Below are positions 10,445 through 21,672 of a stretch of DNA of 64,000 nt, piece by piece; within the stretch, counting starts at the first letter, position 1, and every line of letters starts with the position of its first letter. The notes under the pieces were generated by a model. It searched no databases. It saw only the letters and a list, made by a program, of their open reading frames with translations, and was not told where the DNA came from. The stretch is from Betaproteobacteria bacterium (lineage in GTDB: Bacteria; Pseudomonadota; Gammaproteobacteria; Burkholderiales; Ga0077523). The DNA is taken from NCBI GenBank assembly GCA_016713305.1, contig JADJPK010000007.1:128513-192512 (forward strand), in the 5' to 3' direction. The translations under genes and the position numbers were made by a program.

Positions 10445-11724
10445 ATGGCTCACATCGTGATCATCGGTGCCGGAATCGGCGGCATGCCCATGGCTTACGA
10501 GATGAAGGAACTCGCCCGTTCCGGCGACGTGGTCACGGTCGTGTCGAATGCCCCGACCTTCCATTTCGTCCCCTCGAATCCCTGGGTGGCGGTCAACTGG
10601 CGCAGCCGCGACGACATCGAGTTTCCGGCTGCCGAGTATCTCTCGAAGAAGGACATCCGGTTCACCGCGGCTGGTGCCAAGCGGGTTCATCCGGATCGCA
10701 ACCAGGTCGAACTGGGCGACGGCACCGTCCTCGACTATGACTTCCTGATCATTGCAACCGGACCGAAGCTCGCGTTCGACGAGGTCGAAGGCCTCGGCCC
10801 CTCAGGTCACACGCAGTCCATCTGTCACGTCGATCACGCCGTTGCCGCGGGCCGCAACTGGGAGACCTTCGTCAAGGATCCCGGTCCGGTCGTCGTGGGA
10901 GCGGTGCAGGGCGCGTCGTGCTACGGGCCCGCCTACGAGTTCGCCTTCATCATGGAGACCGATCTTCGGCGTCGAAAGATCCGCGACCGGGTTCCGATGA
11001 CCTACGTGACAGCGGAGCCGTACATCGGCCACCTGGGCCTGGGCGGAGTGGGGATTCGAAGACATTGCTCGAGTCGGCCATGCGCGAGCGGAACATCAAG
11101 TGGATCTGCAACGCGAAGACCACTCGCATCGAAGCGGGGAAGATGTTCGTCACCGAATACGACGACACCGGCAAGGAGAAGAAGCAGCACGAACTCCCGT
11201 TCAAGTACTCCATGATGCTGCCGGCGTTCAAGGGCGTGGATGCCGTGTTCGGCATCGAGGGGCTCACCAACCCGCGAGGGTTCATCCTCATCGACGAGCA
11301 TCAGCGCAACCCCAGGTTCAAGAACATCTATTCGGTCGGAGTCTGCGTCGCCATTCCTCCGGTCGAGGTGACGCCAGTGCCGACCGGTGCGCCCAAGACC
11401 GGCTACATGATCGAGTCCATGGTGACGGCCGTGGCCCACAACATCCGTGCCGTCATGGACGGGAAGGAGCCGGACGAGAAGGCGACGTGGAATGCCCTCT
11501 GCCTTGCGGATTTCGGCGACACGGGGGTGGCCTTCGTCGCGCTTCCCCAGATTCCTCCACGAAACGTGAACTGGTTCTCGGAAGGCAAATGGGTGCATCT
11601 GGCCAAGGTGGCATTCGAGAAGTACTTCATCCGCAAGATGAAGAAGGGGACTTCCGAGCCCGTATACGAGAAGCTCGTGCTGCACAGCCTGGGCATTCGC
11701 AAGCTCAAGAATCCGGAAGGGTGA
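10445..11724 (+). pseudogene. sqr: Sulfide:quinone oxidoreductase (type I SQR), frame broken
   Basis: MAHIVIIGAGIGGMP FAD fold with Cys contexts SICHVDH, GASCYGPAYE and VGVCVAIPP, and a C-terminal KYFIRKMKKG amphipathic region. I recall it as collinear with Acidithiobacillus-type SQR. ORF 10445-11215 continues in the frame of ORF 10918-11724. The -1 shift lies in a G-run at 11048-11054 (..GLGGVG | DSKTLLESAM..). Confidence 0.9.
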
Positions 11725-11737
11725 TCCAGGCCGATCG

Positions 11738-14700
11738 ATGTCGCACGAATCGAACAACATGGGTGTATCGGGTCGTATCGCCGGCTTCTTTCTCGAATCG
11801 AGGCTGACGCCGCTCATCGCCCTGGTCGCGTTCCTCCTGGGGCTCTTCGCCGTGCTCGTCACGCCGCGCGAAGAAGAGCCTCAGATCGACGTGACCATGG
11901 CGAACGTGCTGGTGCCATTTCCGGGCGCCTCTGCGCGAGACGTGGAAAGTCTGGTGGCGACGCCCGCCGAGCAGGTTCTCTCGCGCATCGCCGGGATCGA
12001 TCACGTCCATTCGGTTTCGCGTCCCGGCATGGCCGTGCTCACGGTCCAGTTCAAGGTGGGAGAGGATGCTACCAAGGCCCTCGTGCGTCTGTACGACACC
12101 CTGGAGTCGCACAAGGATTGGCTCTCGCCCAACCTGGGCGTCGGTCAGCCGATCGTGAAGCCGAAGGGTATCGATGACGTGCCCATCGTCTCGCTTACGC
12201 TCTGGACGGAAGACAGGGAGCGCGGCGCATTCGAACTCGAGCGGGTGGCCCACGCGATGGAGGTGGAGCTGAAGCGGGTGCCCGGCACGCGCGACGTCCA
12301 TACCATCGGCGGGCCGGGGCACGTGGTCCGCGTTCTCATCGAGGCGGAAAGACTCAACGCCTATCGCGTGACCGCGCAGGACGTCCGTGCAGCGCTGCAG
12401 CTTGCCAACGCCTCCTTGCCTGCCGGCGCACTCCTCAAGGACAACCGCGAAGTCCTGGTTCAGACCGGCACCTACCTGAGCAGTGCGGCAGAAGTGAAGC
12501 AACTCGTGATCGGGGTTCATCAGGGTCGGCCGGTCTTCATGACCGATGTCGCGCGCGTGGAAGACGGCCCCGATCTGCCCTCGAGCTACGTCTGGTATGG
12601 CAAGGGACCCGGCGTTGCCGAGGGCAAGAGTGGCGAACAGCCTGCCGTCACCATCGCCGTCACCAAGAAGCCGGGCCAGAACGCGGTCGACGTGGCTGAC
12701 AGCGTGATCCGCCGTGCCGAGGCACTGAAGGGGCAGGTCATTCCGGAAGGCGTGCAGATGACGGTCACGCGCAACTATGGCGAGACTGCCAACGACAAGG
12801 CGTTGAAGCTCATCCAGAAGCTGGCATTCGCCACCCTGTCCGTCGTGGCGCTCGTCTGGTTCACTCTGGGCCGCAGGGAAGCGGGTATCGTGGGTATCGC
12901 GGTGGCCCTGACACTCGCCGCCACGTTGTTCGCATCCTGGGCGTGGGGCTTCACGCTCAATCGCGTGTCGCTGTTCGCGCTGATCTTTTCGATCGGCATT
13001 CTGGTGGACGACGCAATCGTTGTCGTCGAGAACATTCACCGGCGCCTGCAGCTTGCTGCGCAGGCAGAACCGGTGGATTCCGCCGGCGCGGCAACCCGCG
13101 CGACGACGCGGCTGCTCGCGGTCATTCCGGCGGCTGTCGACGAGGTCGGCGGGCCCACCATTCTCGCCACGCTGACGGTCATTGCGGCGCTGCTGCCCAT
13201 GGCGTTCGTTTCCGGACTCATGGGGCCCTACATGAGCCCCATTCCGATCAACGCATCGATGGGCATGGCGATCTCGCTCGCTGTCGCATTCGTCATCACG
13301 CCATGGCTGGCACTCAAGCTCCTCGGGGGCAGCGTGCACTCTCACGGTGCTGCCGGACCGGGCAGACTCGATCGTCTGTTCCGCCGGATGGAGCCGCTGT
13401 TGCGCCGGGAATCGGGGCGCAGGAACCGACTGATTCTGCTGGCGGGGGTGCTGGCGGCGATTCTGCTCTCGGTCGGCCTGGCCGTGGTACAGCTGGTCGT
13501 GTTGAAGATGCTTCCGTTCGACAACAAGTCGGAGTTCCAGGTGGTGGTCGACATGCCGGCCGGCACGCCGGTGGAACGCACTGCGGCCGTGCTGAAGGAT
13601 CTCTCGGCAGAAGTCGCGACGATTCCCGAGGTGACGGACTACCAGGCCTACGCTGGCACGGCGAGCCCGATCAACTTCAACGGTCTCGTGCGGCAGTACT
13701 ACCTGCGCAGCGATCCCGAGCAGGGCGACATCCAGGTCAACCTGGTGGACAAGCACCGGCGGGATCGAAAGTCGCACGACATCGCGCAATCGGTGCGGCC
13801 GGCGCTGGAGAAGATCGCCGCGGCCCACGGGGCGGAACTCAAGGTGGTGGAGGTGCCTCCGGGGCCTCCCGTGATGGCGCCCATCGTCGCGGAGATCTAC
13901 GGGCCCGACTACGCCGGACAGATGGCAGTCGCGAAGCGCGTGCGCCAGGCGTTCGAGAAGACGGACAACATCGTGGCGATCGACGACAGCATCGACGACA
14001 ACGCGCCGAAACTCGTGGTCCGCATCGAGCAGAACAAGGCGGCGATCGCGGGTGTGGCGGCGCGCGACGTCGTGGAAACGATGCGAATGGGGCTCGCCGG
14101 AGAGTACGCGACGCCCGTACACAGCGGTGCCGCGAAATACGAGATCCCGGTCAGGATCACCCTGCCTCCCGAACGCCAGGACACGCTGGACGAACTCCTG
14201 AAGCTTGCGGTGCGTTCGCGCAGTGGAGCGCTGGTGCCCCTGTCCGAACTCGTGGAGGTGATCCCCGTCGAGCGGGAGCGCTCCATCCTTCACCGCGATC
14301 TTCTGCCCGTCGTCTACGTGATGGGGGACATGGGGGGCGGCCTCGACAGCCCTCTCTATGGCATGTTCGGGATACGCGGCCTCGTGGCCGGCCAGCCACT
14401 GGAGCAGGGCGGGACCTCGGGGAACACTTCATCTCGCAGCCGGAGAATCGCTACGCCGCGTACAGTCTCAAGTGGGATGGAGAGTGGCAGATCACCTATG
14501 AAACGTTCCGCGACATGGGCCTTGCGTATGGCGTGGGGCTCATCCTGATCTATCTGCTCGTCGTCGCCCAGTTCGGGTCGTATCTCGTACCGCTCGTCAT
14601 CATGGCCCCCATCCCGCTCACCATCATAGGGGTCATGCCCGGTCACGCCCTTCTGGGCGCGCAGTTCACCGCCACGTCCATGATCGGAATGATCGCGTTG

Positions 14701-14988
14701 GCGGGCATCATCGTCCGCAATTCGATCCTGCTGGTGGACTTTGTGAACCTTCAGGTGAAGGAGGGCGTCGCGTTGCAGGATGCGGTGATCCATGCGGCGG
14801 CCGCGCGGGCAAAGCCCATCGTCCTGACCGGTCTGGCAGCCATGCTGGGAGCGCTTTTCATTCTCGACGATCCGATCTTCAACGGGTTGGCGATCTCCTT
14901 GCTGTTCGGGATTGCCGTGTCGACGCTGCTCACGCTGGTGGTCATCCCAGTCCTCTACTACGCCGCCCTGTACCGCCGGGTTCCGTGA
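11738..14988 (+). pseudogene. Efflux RND transporter permease (AcrB/AcrD/AcrF superfamily), frame broken
   Basis: A protein of about 1080 aa and 12 TM helices is split between ORF 11738-14548 and the tail of ORF 12943-14988 (..EHFISQPENRYAAYSLKWDGEW..VIPVLYYAALYRR). The -1 shift is at about 14408-14416. Confidence 0.9.
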
Positions 14989-15077
14989 CCGCAGTCACAT
15001 TCAAGCGCCGGGCGAACGCCTAGTCTTGGGGTTATCGCGGCCCGTGTCCGCAGCATCCATGCAGGAGTGATTCGAAA

Positions 15078-15296
15078 ATGACCGTCAACCGCATCGTCCG
15101 GATCGTGGCCGGGTTCTTCGTGCTCGTTTCCCTCGGTCTGGGAGTGGAGGGAAGCCCTCTTTTCGTGAATGCCAACTGGCTGTGGTTCACCGCTTTCGTG
15201 GGAGCCAATCTCTTCCAGAGCGGTTTCACCCGGTTCTGCCCGCTCGACATGATTCTCAAGCGGCTGGGCGTGAAGGAAGTGGAGGCGCGCGCCTGA
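15078..15296 (+). CDS. DUF2892 (YgaP C-terminal-like) small membrane protein
   Basis: 72 aa containing [14 protein letters not shown]...[19 protein letters not shown], which is characteristic of DUF2892. Confidence 0.75.
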   Translation: MTVNRIVRIVAGFFVLVSLGLGVEGSPLFVNANWLWFTAFVGANLFQSGFTRFCPLDMILKRLGVKEVEARA

Positions 15297-15344
15297 TCCG
15301 ATCTTCGTGCGGCCCTCGAGCGTGTGACGCTCGATGAGGTGCGA

Positions 15345-15369
15345 GCCGGCGGCGGGCGACGCCGCCGGC
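15345..15369. terminator. Perfect 10-bp GC hairpin between convergent genes
   Basis: GCCGGCGGCG-ggcga-CGCCGCCGGC sits between the DUF2892 gene (+) and fnr (-). A second 7-bp hairpin lies at 15316-15334. There is no U-tract. Confidence 0.4.
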
Positions 15370-15383
15370 ATCTCAGGCGCCCG

Positions 15384-16160
15384 TCAGCAGGGACGTTGGC
15401 CCACCAGATGGCGTAGCCGCGGGATGTCGATGATGCGAACGTGTTTCTGCTGCACGCTGATCATTCCTTCGTCCTGGAACTTCGAGAAGACGCGGCTTAC
15501 CGTCTCCAGTTTGAGTCCCAGATAGCTCCCGATCTCCTCGCGCGTCATTCGCAGGTAGAACTCGGACGGCGAATATCCTCGCGCCACGAAGCGTTGCGAC
15601 AGGTTCACGAGGAATGCCGCAAGGCGCTCCTCGGCCCGCATGCTGCCCAGAAGCATCATCACGCTGTGATCGCGCACGATCTCCCGGCTCATCACCTTGT
15701 GGAAGTGGCTCTGCAGGGCAGGTACTTCACGTGACAGATCTTCCAGTCGATTGAACGGTATGACGCAGACTTCGCTGTCCTCAAGCGCCACCGCATCGCA
15801 GGTATGCCGGTCGGTGCTGATGCCGTCCATGCCGATGAGTTCGCCCCCCATGTAGAAGCCGGTCACCTGATCGCGGCCGTCTTCCGAGAGGATCGTGGTC
15901 TTGAAGAACCCCGACCGGACCGCGTAGAGAGCATCGAAGCCCTCGCCGGATCGATAGATGCTCTGCCCCTTCTTGGCAGTCCGGCGGACGTGAATGAGAT
16001 CGTCCAGCCTTTCCAGCTCCGCATCCGAGAGTCCGACCGGAAGACACAGTTCCTTCAATCCGCAGGTGGAGCACGCCGTGCGCAGGCGCTCCAGGCTCAG
16101 AGGGGGAATGGGGGCGGGACCGGTCATCGAGGGTTCCTCATCGGCCTCAGCATTGGACAA
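15384..16160 (-). CDS. fnr: Fnr/Anr family oxygen-responsive transcriptional regulator
   Basis: N-terminal Cys cluster CSTCGLKELC, cNMP-binding fold and a C-terminal HTH (REEIGSYLGLKLETVSRVFSKF). Confidence 0.85.
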   Translation of the reverse strand: MSNAEADEEPSMTGPAPIPPLSLERLRTACSTCGLKELCLPVGLSDAELERLDDLIHVRRTAKKGQSIYRSGEGFDALYAVRSGFFKTTILSEDGRDQVTGFYMGGELIGMDGISTDRHTCDAVALEDSEVCVIPFNRLEDLSREVPALQSHFHKVMSREIVRDHSVMMLLGSMRAEERLAAFLVNLSQRFVARGYSPSEFYLRMTREEIGSYLGLKLETVSRVFSKFQDEGMISVQQKHVRIIDIPRLRHLVGQRPC

Positions 16161-16171
16161 TCTTCTGCCAT

Positions 16172-16185
16172 TTGATCCAGGTCAA
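16172..16185. promoter_or_regulatory. FNR/Anr-type box TTGAT-ccag-GTCAA in the fnr/hemN divergent region
   Basis: Close match to the consensus. TATCTT at 16207-16212 is spaced for a class II promoter driving hemN. The box lies 12 nt upstream of the fnr start codon, so autoregulation is possible. Confidence 0.6.
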
Positions 16186-16249
16186 GCGGGTTGAAGGGTT
16201 GGCGAGTATCTTCCGTTAACATTCCCGCTCAGACTGCTCGCAGCCAGCG

Positions 16250-17637
16250 ATGATAACCCAAGGCCATTTGGTCATCGACCCCGACGTACTCCGGCGCTAC
16301 GGCCATGCAGGCCCCCGGTACACGTCGTATCCCACCGCGGACAGGTTCGTCGAAGCTTGACGAGCATACCTACCGTTCCTGGCTGCGCAAGCGCGGTCTC
16401 GGGGCCATGGCGCGCCCCCCTGTCCATGTACGTTCACCTGCCTTTCTGCGACACGGTCTGCTTCTACTGTGCCTGCAACAAGGTCGTGACACGGGATCAT
16501 TCGCGGGCAGGCAAGTACCTCCGCTACCTGGCGACCGAAGCACGGCTCGTGTCGGAATCCCTGGACGGCGACCGCCGGCTGTCGCAACTCCATTGGGGCG
16601 GAGGACGCCCACGTTCCTCCAGCCGGATGAGTTGAAGCAGTTGATGGCGATCATCACCTCCCATTTCAAGCTCGAACCGGATGGCGAGTATTCCATCGAG
16701 GTCGACCCTCGCAGCGCGGCGCCGGGCACCATGACCCTGCTCGCCGACCTGGGAATGAACCGGGTGAGCATCGGAGTGCAGGATTTCGACGAGACGGTTC
16801 AGAAGGCCGTGAACCGGATTCAGAGCGAAGAGCTGACACGGGCCGTCGTCGAGGAATCCCGGCGCGCGGGATTCCGGTCGGTCAATCTGGATCTCATCTA
16901 CGGTCTGCCCAAGCAGAACGTCATCGGCTTCAATCGCACGCTGGAGCGAGTGATCGACCTCGGGCCCGACCGCATCGCCCTCTACAGCTACGCCCATCTT
17001 CCGCACCTCTTCGCCGCAGCGGCGCATCCTCGACAAGGACCTGCCCACGCCGGAAGCCAAGCTCAACATGCTGACCCTGGCGATCCGGCGTCTGGAGAAT
17101 GCGGGGTATGTGTACATCGGCATGGACCACTTCGCCTTGCCGGACGACGAACTCGCCGTCGCTCAGCGGCAGGGGCGGCTGCATCGCAACTTCCAGGGCT
17201 ATTCGACCCATTCGGACTGCGACCTCGTGGCGCTGGGGGTCACGGCCATCGGCAGCATCGGCCCGACGTACACCCAGAATGTCCGGACTCTGGACGAGTA
17301 TTTCGATCGGCTGGACCGCGGCGTGCTGCCCGTCATGCGGGGCGTGGAACTGTCCGCGGACGATCTTGTGCGCAGGACAATCATCCAGTCGATCATGTGC
17401 CATGGGACGGTGTCGATCGAATCGATCCAGATCGCCTATCTCCTCGACTTCCGGCAGTACTTCGCCGAGGAGATCGCGGATCTGCAGTGCTTCATCGATG
17501 ACGGTCTGGTCGTCATCGACGACGAGTGGTTGTCCGTCACGCCGAAGGGCCGCCTCCTGGTCAGGGCGGTCTGCATGGTGTTCGACCGGTACCTGCGCAC
17601 CCAGCAGCGCCGGGCCAGCTACTCCAAGGTCATCTGA
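16250..17637 (+). pseudogene. hemN: Oxygen-independent coproporphyrinogen III oxidase (HemN), four frame breaks
   Basis: The segments GPRYTSYPTADRF, DEHTYRSWLRKRGLG, PLSMYVHLPFCDTVCFYCACN..HWGGG, TPTFLQPDELK..YAHLPHLF and LDKDLPTPEAKLNML..GMDHFALPDDELA..NFQGYST lie in frames 2, 0, 1, 0 and 1. The breaks are near 16352-16358, 16415-16420, 16598-16606 and 17010-17020. Confidence 0.9.
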
Positions 17638-18342
17638 GTGATTGCCCAGCTGGCCGGCGCCGCATTTCTGGTGGGTCTGCTGGGCGGTGTTCACTGCGCA
17701 GGGATGTGCGGAGGCCTTGCGACGGCGCTGTCCCAGGCGGGTGGCAGCCGCTGGCCGGCCTGGAAGCTGCACATCGGATACTCGACCGGCCGCCTTGCGA
17801 GCTACGGTGTGGCGGGCGCCCTCGCGGGATCGCTGGCGGGAACCGCCATGCTGGTTCAGGACATCCTGCCCGTGCAGTTCGTGCTCTATCTGGTGGCCAA
17901 CGTGATGCTGATCGGCCTCGGGCTGTATCTGGCGGGTTGGTCGTCGTTCGTGACCAGGCTCGAAGTGCCGGGGCGCTGGCTCTGGCGGCGGGTGAGTCCG
18001 CTGCTCTCCCGGTTTCTTCCGGTGGACAGCTGGCCCAAGGCCATCGGCGCAGGCCTGCTCTGGGGGTGGGTGCCCTGCGGGCTCGTCTACAGCATGCTGG
18101 CCACTGCCCTGCTGGCAGGGGATGCGCACGGAGGAGCGGCAATCATGCTGGCGTTCGGCGCCGGAACTCTTCCCAACGTCCTTGGGGCAGGTATCGTCCT
18201 TCGCTGGCTGTCTGCGTCCGGGGGCCGCCCGGTCGCGCGCGTCGTGGCCGGCGGACTCGTCGCGGGGTTCGGCATCTTCGGGCTCTTCCATGCCGCGGCC
18301 TTGTCGACCCTCCTCAAGCAGGGTCTCGCCTGTCTGGTTTGA
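17638..18342 (+). CDS. DsbD_2 / TauE-SafE-like membrane protein (HCxxMCGG motif)
   Basis: Six predicted TM helices and the motif GGVHCAGMCGG. A GTG start follows the hemN stop directly. This family commonly accompanies cco/hemN genes. Confidence 0.6.
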   Translation: MIAQLAGAAFLVGLLGGVHCAGMCGGLATALSQAGGSRWPAWKLHIGYSTGRLASYGVAGALAGSLAGTAMLVQDILPVQFVLYLVANVMLIGLGLYLAGWSSFVTRLEVPGRWLWRRVSPLLSRFLPVDSWPKAIGAGLLWGWVPCGLVYSMLATALLAGDAHGGAAIMLAFGAGTLPNVLGAGIVLRWLSASGGRPVARVVAGGLVAGFGIFGLFHAAALSTLLKQGLACLV

Positions 18343-18590
18343 CGGTCGCTTCCCCCGAAGTGCCCCGTTCAGATGGCGCCGCGTCTCGCGGACCTATGGA
18401 CGGGACGCTGCTAACGTATTAATATTCAAAGCTATCCCGACGCGGCTCCCCGTGACGGGAAATTCGCACATCCGTCATTGATCGAGGTGGCACGCCCGGA
18501 CGCTCCGGCGTGTCGAGGCGTTCTTCCGGTTTTCCCGGGAGACGCGGGCGGATGGAGGCTCAACTTCATCAGACCAGGAGTAGCACACTC

Positions 18591-19337
18591 ATGTCCGTCA
18601 CCATGCGGCAGATGCTCGAGGCCGGCGTTCATTTCGGCCACCAGACCCGTTTCTGGAATCCCAAGATGGCCCCCTTCATCTTCGGCCATCGCAACAAGAT
18701 CCACATCATCAATCTCGAGAAGACCCTGGTCATGTACCAGGACGCGATGAAGCACCTGCGGCAGCTGGCGGCGAACAAGGGCACGATGCTGTTCGTCGGC
18801 ACCAAGCGCCAGGCCCGCGAGATCGTGCGCGAGGAAGCGCTGCGCGCCGGATGCCCGTACGTCGATCATCGCTGGCTGGGTGGCATGCTCAGCAACTTCA
18901 AGACGGTCAAGCAATCCATCAAGCGTCTGCGCGACATGGAAGGCATGGTGCAGGACGGCTCCATGGAGAAGGTTTCCAAGAAAGAGGCGCTCATGTACCA
19001 GCGCGAACTCGCCAAGCTCGAGCGCAGCCTGGGTGGCATCAAGGACCTGAACGGGCTTCCCGATGCGCTCTTCGTGATCGACGTCGGCTACCACAAGATT
19101 GCCATCACCGAAGCCTCCAAGCTGGGTATTCCGGTCATCGCCGTGGTCGACACGAATCACTCTCCGGAAGGCGTCTCGTACGTCATCCCCGGGAACGACG
19201 ATTCCAGCCGTGCGATCCGGCTGTATGCCCGTGGGGCGGCCGATGCGATCCTCGAAGGGCGCAGCCAGATCGTGCGCGAGATCATCAACGACGAGTTCGT
19301 CGAGGTGGAAACGACGGAAGAGCAGGCGGCGCAGTAA
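18591..19337 (+). CDS. rpsB: 30S ribosomal protein S2
   Basis: [26 protein letters not shown], with AGGAG about 10 nt upstream of the ATG at 18591. Confidence 0.95.
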   Translation: MSVTMRQMLEAGVHFGHQTRFWNPKMAPFIFGHRNKIHIINLEKTLVMYQDAMKHLRQLAANKGTMLFVGTKRQAREIVREEALRAGCPYVDHRWLGGMLSNFKTVKQSIKRLRDMEGMVQDGSMEKVSKKEALMYQRELAKLERSLGGIKDLNGLPDALFVIDVGYHKIAITEASKLGIPVIAVVDTNHSPEGVSYVIPGNDDSSRAIRLYARGAADAILEGRSQIVREIINDEFVEVETTEEQAAQ

Positions 19338-19426
19338 CGACCTGACGGCAGGCCGGCCTCGCATGAGACCGGCGGTTCCGGGACGAACGTGGCGTCCCGA
19401 CATCGATTCGGACATCAGGAGTGGAC

Positions 19427-20332
19427 ATGGCGGAAATCACCGCAAGCATGGTCAAGGAACTGCGCGAGAAGACCGACGCGCCCATGATGGAATGCAAGAA
19501 GGCGCTGACGGAAGCCGGCGGCGACATGGGGAAGGCGGAGGAGATCCTCCGCGTCAAGCTCGGCAACAAGGCGGCCAAGGCGTCCGCACGCGTTGCGGCG
19601 GAAGGCGTCGTGGTGACCTACCTGTCGCCCGACCAGAAGCTTGCCGCCATCGTCGAAGTGAACTGCGAAACCGATTTCGTGGCCAAGAACGATGATTTTC
19701 TTGCGCTTGCCCGTACTCTCGCGCAACTGGTGGCCACTGAGAATCCTGCGGATGTGGCGGCGCTGTCGGCTCTGCCGCTGTCCGGAAAGACCGTCGACGC
19801 TGTCCGCACCGAGCTGGTGGGGCGTATCGGCGAGAACATGAGCATTCGCCGTTTCGTCAGACTGGAAGCCAAGGGCAAGGTCGCTCAGTACATCCATGGC
19901 GGGTCGAAGATCGGCGTGCTGGTGGACGTGGCCGGTGGCGACGACGTGCTTGCGAAGGATCTCGCGATGCATATCGCGGCGGCGAAGCCGGTCGCGCTCG
20001 CCAAGGAACAGGTGTCGCAGGAACTCATCCAGAAGGAGCGGGACATCGCGACGGCGAAGGCGGCCGAATCGGGCAAGCCTGCCGAGATCGTCCAGAAGAT
20101 GGTCGAGGGCAGCGTGCAGAAGTACCTCAAGGAAGTGACGCTCCTGGGCCAGCCTTTCGTCAAGGACGACAAGCAGACGATCGAGCAGCTCCTGAAGTCG
20201 AAGGGCGCCACCGTGGCCGCGTTCACGCTCTACATCGTCGGCGAGGGTCTGGAAAAGAAGTCCAGCGACTTCGCGGCGGAGGTCGCAGCGCAGGCGGCGG
20301 CTGCGAAGAAGGACCAGGGCGCGACCGTATAG
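19427..20332 (+). CDS. tsf: Translation elongation factor Ts
   Basis: [27 protein letters not shown] and a full-length EF-Ts. Confidence 0.95.
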   Translation: MAEITASMVKELREKTDAPMMECKKALTEAGGDMGKAEEILRVKLGNKAAKASARVAAEGVVVTYLSPDQKLAAIVEVNCETDFVAKNDDFLALARTLAQLVATENPADVAALSALPLSGKTVDAVRTELVGRIGENMSIRRFVRLEAKGKVAQYIHGGSKIGVLVDVAGGDDVLAKDLAMHIAAAKPVALAKEQVSQELIQKERDIATAKAAESGKPAEIVQKMVEGSVQKYLKEVTLLGQPFVKDDKQTIEQLLKSKGATVAAFTLYIVGEGLEKKSSDFAAEVAAQAAAAKKDQGATV

Positions 20333-20342
20333 ATCCGCGCCC

Positions 20343-21059
20343 ATGGCCAAGCCAGTTTTCAGGAGGATTCTTCTCAAGCTGTCGGGTGAAGCCCTCATGG
20401 GCGACGACAGCTATGGCATCAACCGGCCGACCATCGAGAGAATTGTCTCGGAGATCGCCGAGATCGTGAATCTCGGCATCGAGACCGGCGTGGTCATCGG
20501 AGGAGGGAACATCTTTCGTGGCGTCGCGCCGGGCGCGGCGGGGATGGACCGTGCCACTGCCGACTACATGGGCATGCTCGCCACGGTGATGAATGCGCTG
20601 GCGTTGCAGGATGCCATGCGAAGGATCGGCATCGCGGGGCGCGTCCAGTCGGCGCTCAACATCGAGCAGGTCGCCGAACCGTACATCCGCGGCAAGGCGA
20701 TCCGCTATCTCGAGGAAGGCAAGGTCGTGATCTTTGCGGCCGGTACGGGCAACCCCTTCTTCACGACCGATACTGCGGCTGCGCTGCGGGGCATGGAGGT
20801 CGGTGCGGACATCGTGCTCAAGGCCACTAAAGTGGATGGTATTTATTCCGATGATCCGAAGACCAATCCCGATGCCATGCGCTATCAGCGCCTCACGTTC
20901 GACGAAGCCATCGTCAAGAATCTGAAGGTGATGGATGCGACGGCGCTCACGCTTTGCCGCGATCAGAAGCTTCCGATCTGCGTGTTCAGCATCTTCAAGC
21001 CCGGTGCGCTGAAGCGCGTCGTGATGGGAGAGGACGAAGGAACCCGGGTTCACATTTGA
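20343..21059 (+). CDS. pyrH: UMP kinase
   Basis: [28 protein letters not shown] motifs. Confidence 0.95.
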   Translation: MAKPVFRRILLKLSGEALMGDDSYGINRPTIERIVSEIAEIVNLGIETGVVIGGGNIFRGVAPGAAGMDRATADYMGMLATVMNALALQDAMRRIGIAGRVQSALNIEQVAEPYIRGKAIRYLEEGKVVIFAAGTGNPFFTTDTAAALRGMEVGADIVLKATKVDGIYSDDPKTNPDAMRYQRLTFDEAIVKNLKVMDATALTLCRDQKLPICVFSIFKPGALKRVVMGEDEGTRVHI

Positions 21060-21113
21060 CCCGGCCGGCCCGACCGGACGCAGGCCGGGCGGGCGTGTGT
21101 AGGGAGACGGCAC

Positions 21114-21671
21114 ATGATTGCAGACGTCAAGAAGACCACCGAGCAACGCATGCAGAAATGCATCGAGACGCTCAAGACGGACCTGGGCAAGGTGCGGACG
21201 GGCCGGGCGCATACCGGACTGCTGGACCACGTCAAGGTCGATTACTACGGCACGCCCACGTCGATCAGCCAGGTGGCCAACGTGACGTTGATCGATGCCA
21301 GAACGATCGGCGTCGCGCCGTGGGAGAAGAAGATGCTCTCCGCCATCGAGAAGGCCATTCGCGATTCGGACCTGGGACTCAATCCGTCCTCCATGGGGGA
21401 TCTCGTCCGGGTTCCGATGCCAGCCCTCACGGAAGAGCGCCGGCGGGATCTCATCAAGGTGGTCAAGGGCGAGGCGGAGAATGCGAGGGTTGCCATCCGC
21501 AACGTTCGCCGGGATGCCAACACCCATCTCAAGGATCTCCTCAAGGAAAAGAAGGTCTCGGAGGACGACGAGCGCCGCGCCCAGGAAGACGTGCAGAAGC
21601 TCACCGACCGCTATGTGGCCGAAGTGGAAAAGGTGCTCGCCACGAAAGAATCCGAGCTCTTGGCGGTCTGA
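21114..21671 (+). CDS. frr: Ribosome recycling factor
   Basis: 185-aa full-length Frr (..[21 protein letters not shown]..). Confidence 0.95.
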   Translation: MIADVKKTTEQRMQKCIETLKTDLGKVRTGRAHTGLLDHVKVDYYGTPTSISQVANVTLIDARTIGVAPWEKKMLSAIEKAIRDSDLGLNPSSMGDLVRVPMPALTEERRRDLIKVVKGEAENARVAIRNVRRDANTHLKDLLKEKKVSEDDERRAQEDVQKLTDRYVAEVEKVLATKESELLAV

Positions 21672-21672
21672 G

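Noticed and set aside
11705-14293. Long antisense or alternative-frame ORFs (for example 11705-14293 minus, 39169-42423 plus, 26116-28278 minus, 30321-32621 minus, 3305-4693 minus, 19415-20398 minus)
   Set aside because: They lie opposite or out of frame to genes with clear family signatures. Their translations are Arg/Gly/Pro/His-rich without motifs. They are artefacts of high GC content.
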